Shown in pieces: positions 59,657 to 64,000 of a stretch of 64,000 bases of DNA. The notes under the pieces are model-generated. The model made no database searches and had not been told where the DNA came from. It was given only the letters and a program-made list of their open reading frames with translations. This DNA is from Propionibacteriaceae bacterium (GTDB taxonomy: Bacteria; Actinomycetota; Actinomycetes; Propionibacteriales; Propionibacteriaceae): contig CAJPNZ010000002.1 in assembly GCA_905372155.1 (NCBI GenBank), positions 22,955 through 86,954 of the forward strand, written 5' to 3'. Position 1 is the first letter of the stretch. Every line of letters starts with the position of its first letter. The position numbers were made by a program, and so were the translations under genes.

Positions 59657-61516
59657 ATGAAACGACACGGATTACAAGGACTGCTGGCGCTGGCCATCGT
59701 CCTGCTCACGGCCTTCCTGGCCGCGCCTCAGGCGTGGGCCGACGAAGCGGCCCCCATCAACCACTGGAACGTGGACGTCAACCTGTCACTGGACGGGGTG
59801 GCGCACGTGAACGCCCAACTCGAGATGGACTTCTCCAAAACCTTCGGGCGCGGCCCGGTTTTCGTCCTGCCCACCCGGCAACCGGGAGGGGAGGACGGCC
59901 AGTTCTACCGGTACAAGATCTCCGACATCCGGGTCAGCTCCCCCACGGCCCCGGCCCAGACCCACACCACCACGGACAAGGAAGGCAACATCCAGGTCCG
60001 GGTCGGTGACGCGAACCGGTACCTTCACGACAAGCACACCTACCAGATCAGCTACACCGTGACCGGGTTGATCGCCCCCAACCATCCGAAGAGCCACCTC
60101 GACGAGTTCAACTGGAACGTCATAGGCAACTGGCGGGGCAGAATCAACAACCTCACGGTCAAGGTCACCGGCCCCGAAGACGTGTCGAAGGCCGCCTGCT
60201 GGACCGGAAACAACTACAAGCAGTCCTGCACATCCAGCAACAGCGGGAAAACAGCCACCTACAGCCTTTCCTCGATCAGTCCCGGAACGCCCGTGCAGGT
60301 GGTGGCGGGATTCCCGGCAGGCACCTTCCCCGGGGCGAAACAGAACGTGGAATACCAAAGAACCCTGAGCAACGCCTTCTCGTTGACGCCGGTCACAGGG
60401 GCGGCGACTCTCGTGACGACCGCCGGGGCTGCCTTCGCCATCATCAAGATCCGCAACCGGTACGCGCGGGACGAGGCCTACCTCGGGGTGACTCCCGGTC
60501 TGAGCCCACACGCCGATCAGAAGGAGCACATCGGTTTTCTCCCGGACGACCTGAACGTCGCGGTCCAGTTCCATCCCCCGAAGAACGCCACCCCGGGCGA
60601 GATCGGCACCCTGATTGACGCGAACGCCGACTTCATCGACGTCTCCGCCTCGATCATCGACCTCGCAGTTCGCGGCTACCTGGTGATCACGGCACAGAAG
60701 GACGGCGATCACCTACTCACCCGAACCGAGAAGGACCAGAGGGAACTCGCCTACTACGAGAGGAAGCTGCTGTCGAGGCTTTTCCAGTCGGGCGATGAGG
60801 TCACCCTGAAGGAACTCGGCGACGAGAAATACGATGGTATGGATTCCGAGATCCGGGAGCTTCTCTATCAGCGGGTGGCGGAGCTCGGTTGGTTCCGTGA
60901 AAACCCGAAGTCCATGCGCTGGACAGGGGGTGCCGCCGGCTTTTTCATCATCGTCATGGGATGCCTGCTCTCCGGGGTCCTAGGGTACGGTCTCGGTTGG
61001 GGCTTGGTGGGTCTTCCCGTTGTGATGATCGGCATAGCGGTGCTCGCGATGTCCGGAAAGTTCGGGAAACGCACGGCCAAGGGATCGGCTGCCCTGGTGC
61101 AGGCGCGTGGCTTCGAGCTCTATCTGAGCACCGCTGAGGCGGACAAGTTGCGCTTCGAGGAGGGCGTTGACATCTTCAGCCGCTACCTTCCCTACGCCAT
61201 GATCTTCGGCGTGGCGAGGCGGTGGACGGAACTGTTCTCCCAGCTCAAGCAGATGAACCGTTTCAAGGCCGACACGTCCTGGTATCAAGGGGTCAAACTC
61301 CACGCCTCGAACAACGCTTTCTACACCAAGTTCAACAATTTCTGCTACAACTTCTCCGACGCCATGTTCACGGCCCATGAAGCCGCAAGAGCGAGCAGCT
61401 ACGATTCGAGCTCCTTCTCCTCGTCCAGTCACATCTCCTCTGGAACCTCGGGAGGTTCCGGATTCTCGGGCGGCGGCGGGTTCTCCGGGGGCGGCTTCAG
61501 CGGCGGATCGTGGTGA
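59657..61516 (+). CDS. DUF2207-like membrane protein (paralogue 2)
   Basis: Same motif set as paralogue 1. True start is the ATG at 59657 (MKRHGLQG). Confidence 0.85.
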   Translation: MKRHGLQGLLALAIVLLTAFLAAPQAWADEAAPINHWNVDVNLSLDGVAHVNAQLEMDFSKTFGRGPVFVLPTRQPGGEDGQFYRYKISDIRVSSPTAPAQTHTTTDKEGNIQVRVGDANRYLHDKHTYQISYTVTGLIAPNHPKSHLDEFNWNVIGNWRGRINNLTVKVTGPEDVSKAACWTGNNYKQSCTSSNSGKTATYSLSSISPGTPVQVVAGFPAGTFPGAKQNVEYQRTLSNAFSLTPVTGAATLVTTAGAAFAIIKIRNRYARDEAYLGVTPGLSPHADQKEHIGFLPDDLNVAVQFHPPKNATPGEIGTLIDANADFIDVSASIIDLAVRGYLVITAQKDGDHLLTRTEKDQRELAYYERKLLSRLFQSGDEVTLKELGDEKYDGMDSEIRELLYQRVAELGWFRENPKSMRWTGGAAGFFIIVMGCLLSGVLGYGLGWGLVGLPVVMIGIAVLAMSGKFGKRTAKGSAALVQARGFELYLSTAEADKLRFEEGVDIFSRYLPYAMIFGVARRWTELFSQLKQMNRFKADTSWYQGVKLHASNNAFYTKFNNFCYNFSDAMFTAHEAARASSYDSSSFSSSSHISSGTSGGSGFSGGGGFSGGGFSGGSW

Positions 61517-61606
61517 CGCGCAAGGTGGGTCCAGGATTCCGGGACCCACCTCCTCGTCGAAACGCTCCGGGAACCGGTGCTTTCGCCGCGGTTCTCCCCG
61601 CCACCG

Positions 61607-63394
61607 CTACGCCCGGATCGGCGCCCAGCTCGGGCCCTCCGTCGCCAGCTTCTCGTCGAGTTTGCGAAACAACGGGCTGGGTTTTGCCAGCGGGGTGCCA
61701 GCAACGACGGGGCGGCGTCCCCACACCGCCTGCTGGGCCGCGTAGTCGCCGGTCAGGATCGGATAGGTGATCTCGCCGTCGGTGACCTCCCTGAGCTCCG
61801 GCTGGGCCGCCCACACCCCTTCGTTGCCGAGGGCCTCGAAGACGGCCTGGGCGGAGTGTGGCAGGTACGGGGTCAACAGGGTGTTGCAGTCGGAGACCAC
61901 CTGCAGCGCAACGTGCAGCACGGTGTCGCGGCGGGCCGGGTCGTCCTTCAGCTTCCAGGGTTCCTGATCGGACAGGTACTTGTTCGCCAGAGAGACGATC
62001 CGCATCGCCTCGGTGATGCCGGCCTTGAAGCGGCGGGCCGCGATGTGTTCCCCCACCGTCGCAAAGGACGCGGCGGAGGCGTCGAGCAGTTCACGATCGG
62101 CCTGAGTCAGTTCCCCGGCCCGGGGGATCGCGCCGTTGTTCTTGTGTGCCATGGAGATGGAGCGGTTGACCAGGTTGCCCCATTCGTTGGCCAGTTCGAA
62201 GTTCACCCGGCGCACGAACTCCTCCCAGGTGAAGTCGGTGTCCTGGTTCTCGGGGCCGGCCACCGCGATGAAATACCTGAGCGCATCGGGTCCGAACTCA
62301 TCCAGGAAGTCACCGACGAAGATGGAGGCACCCCTGGAGCTCGAGACCTTCGAGCCGCGCATGGTCATGAACTCCGACGAGACCACTTCCGTGGGAAGTT
62401 GCAGCTCCCCCAGGGCGGGTTTGATCTCACCGCCGACGGCTCCCTGCCCGTTGGCTCCCAGCAGGATGCCCGGCCAGATGACGGAGTGGAAGACGATGTT
62501 GTCCTTGCCCATGAAGTAGAAGCTCTGGGCGGTCTCCTCGTTCCAGAACCTCCGCCAGGCGTCCGGGTCCCCGCTGCGCCTCGCCCATTCGATCGAGGCC
62601 GACAGGTAGCCGATGACCGCGTCGAACCACACGTAGATGCGTTTCATGGGCGCGTCCACCCATCCCTCAAGGGGAACGGGAACCCCCCAGTCGAGGTCGC
62701 GGGTGATGGCCCTGGGGCGGATCTTCTCCAGCAGGTTGTGGCTGAACTTCAAGACGTTGGGCCGCCAGTCCTCGCGGGAGTCGAGCCATGTCGTCAGCTG
62801 CTCCGCGACCTTCGGCAGGTCGAGGAAGAAATGCTCGGTCTCCACGAACCGCGGGGTTTCGCCGTTGATGCGGGAAACCGGGTTGATCAGGTCCGCCGGG
62901 TCGAGCTGGTTCCCGCAGTTGTCGCACTGGTCGCCGCGGGCCCCGGTGTAGTCGCAGATGGGGCAGGTGCCCTCGATGAAACGGTCGGGCAGGGTGCGTC
63001 CCGTGGACGGGGAGATGGCTCCCATCTGGGTCTGGGCGATGACGTAGCCGTTGTCGTACAGCGCCTTGAACACCTCCTGCACCACCCGGTAGTGGTTGGG
63101 AGTGGTGGTGCGGGTGTACAGGTCGTAGGACAAGCCCAACCCCTGCAGGTCGGAGGCGATCACCCGGTGGTACTTGTCTGCGCATTCACGGGCCGTCAAA
63201 CCCTCGGAGTCGGCCTTCACCTGGATTGCGGTGCCGTGTTCGTCCGATCCGGAGACCATCAGCACGTTGTGCCCCGCCATGCGCATGTAGCGCGCGAAAA
63301 CGTCCGAGGGGACACCGAAACCGGACACATGACCGATGTGGCGGGGACCGTTCGCGTAGGGCCAGGCAACCGCCGCTAGAACGTCAGAACACAT
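61607..63394 (-). CDS. metG: Methionyl-tRNA synthetase
   Basis: [19 protein letters not shown], Zn knuckle [27 protein letters not shown]. Start at ATG 63394. Confidence 0.97.
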   Translation of the reverse strand: MCSDVLAAVAWPYANGPRHIGHVSGFGVPSDVFARYMRMAGHNVLMVSGSDEHGTAIQVKADSEGLTARECADKYHRVIASDLQGLGLSYDLYTRTTTPNHYRVVQEVFKALYDNGYVIAQTQMGAISPSTGRTLPDRFIEGTCPICDYTGARGDQCDNCGNQLDPADLINPVSRINGETPRFVETEHFFLDLPKVAEQLTTWLDSREDWRPNVLKFSHNLLEKIRPRAITRDLDWGVPVPLEGWVDAPMKRIYVWFDAVIGYLSASIEWARRSGDPDAWRRFWNEETAQSFYFMGKDNIVFHSVIWPGILLGANGQGAVGGEIKPALGELQLPTEVVSSEFMTMRGSKVSSSRGASIFVGDFLDEFGPDALRYFIAVAGPENQDTDFTWEEFVRRVNFELANEWGNLVNRSISMAHKNNGAIPRAGELTQADRELLDASAASFATVGEHIAARRFKAGITEAMRIVSLANKYLSDQEPWKLKDDPARRDTVLHVALQVVSDCNTLLTPYLPHSAQAVFEALGNEGVWAAQPELREVTDGEITYPILTGDYAAQQAVWGRRPVVAGTPLAKPSPLFRKLDEKLATEGPSWAPIRA

Positions 63395-63435
63395 GGCCCG
63401 CATCCTATCGGGTGCTGCTCGACCCCGTGTCCTGC

Positions 63436-64000
63436 TCAGGCCCGTGCGATACGGAAACCTCCCCAGCCTCCCCAGGCGGCTCCTACCAGCATCAGGATCA
63501 CCCAGCAGGTCCCGACGATGAACGCAACCAGATCGAGCCCGACGAACAGGGGCCACAGCACCAGATAAAACAGAGCCACCGCGGCTCCCCATCCCAGGAC
63601 GGCGACAACCGCTCCACGCCACCCATAACCCAGCCAGAGCGCGCATCCCAGCATCAGCAGGGCAACGATGGGCAGGCCGTAGAACAGAAACAACCCCTCG
63701 GAGCGACCGGCATCCCCCTGCCCCGTGGTCAGCCGAGCGATGCTGCCGATGATCTGCCAGAGCATCGGCAAACCGACGCTCAACGCGACAAGCATCGGAA
63801 ACACCCGTCGCCTGTCGTGTCCCAGGGCGACGGCGAAGCGCGCTCCCCACAGCCACAGCAGCGGCACCGTCGCCAAGCAGACCAGGAAAAGCACACCGGC
63901 CGGTTCCTGGACGTTCTCCCGCCGGAACGTGGCGACCATTGCAACGTCCGCCAGCCACGGAACGGCGGGCCACCAGTAGCGCCACGCGAACCGCCCACCG
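63436..64000 (-). CDS. Multi-TM hypothetical membrane protein; 5' end probably outside the window
   Basis: About five hydrophobic helices; the frame stays open upstream of ATG 63939 to the window edge. Confidence 0.6.
   Translation of the reverse strand, partial: GGRFAWRYWWPAVPWLADVAMVATFRRENVQEPAGVLFLVCLATVPLLWLWGARFAVALGHDRRRVFPMLVALSVGLPMLWQIIGSIARLTTGQGDAGRSEGLFLFYGLPIVALLMLGCALWLGYGWRGAVVAVLGWGAAVALFYLVLWPLFVGLDLVAFIVGTCWVILMLVGAAWGGWGGFRIARA

Noticed and set aside
63395..63985. N-terminal extension of MetG in the track (792 aa)
   Set aside because: Overlaps a separate membrane-protein gene in another frame; MetG motifs begin at ATG 63394, which has a leaderless-type -10.
1..64000. CRISPR arrays, tRNA or rRNA genes, intact integrase or prophage genes
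   Set aside because: No regularly spaced repeats, cloverleaf-like segments, rRNA-like tracts or recombinase motifs were seen by eye; a tRNAscan/Infernal run would be needed to exclude small RNAs.

Overview
High-GC actinobacterial chromosome segment. Gene content suggests Propionibacteriaceae, possibly an Arachnia-like commensal (inference). Core genes include sigE and its anti-sigma factor, dapA/E/D/C, glgC/glgA, fdxA, sppA, tkt, two SF2 helicases, punA, a phosphomutase and metG. Accessory loci include a serpin lipoprotein, a putative pro-bacteriocin with a candidate immunity gene, a decayed penicillin-acylase gene, a SWIM/AAA/VWA five-gene operon and two tandem DUF2207-like paralogues. The main discovery is a ~13.3-kb, visibly lower-GC island (41874-55189) bounded by a 72-bp direct repeat of a helicase 3' end. 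It carries a YcaO-type RiPP cluster. A 29-aa His/Cys-rich precursor missing from the ORF track (MAIRISEITENDLGGQIVAPHCHHHQTTF, 48036-48125, minus strand) is accompanied by two SAM-dependent enzymes, a heterodimeric ABC transporter and a FecBCD/E-type uptake system. Both island promoters carry DtxR/IdeR-like boxes. Together this suggests a metal-regulated, ribosomally made metallophore that I do not recognise as described. Product calls come from motif recognition by eye; no database searches were run.
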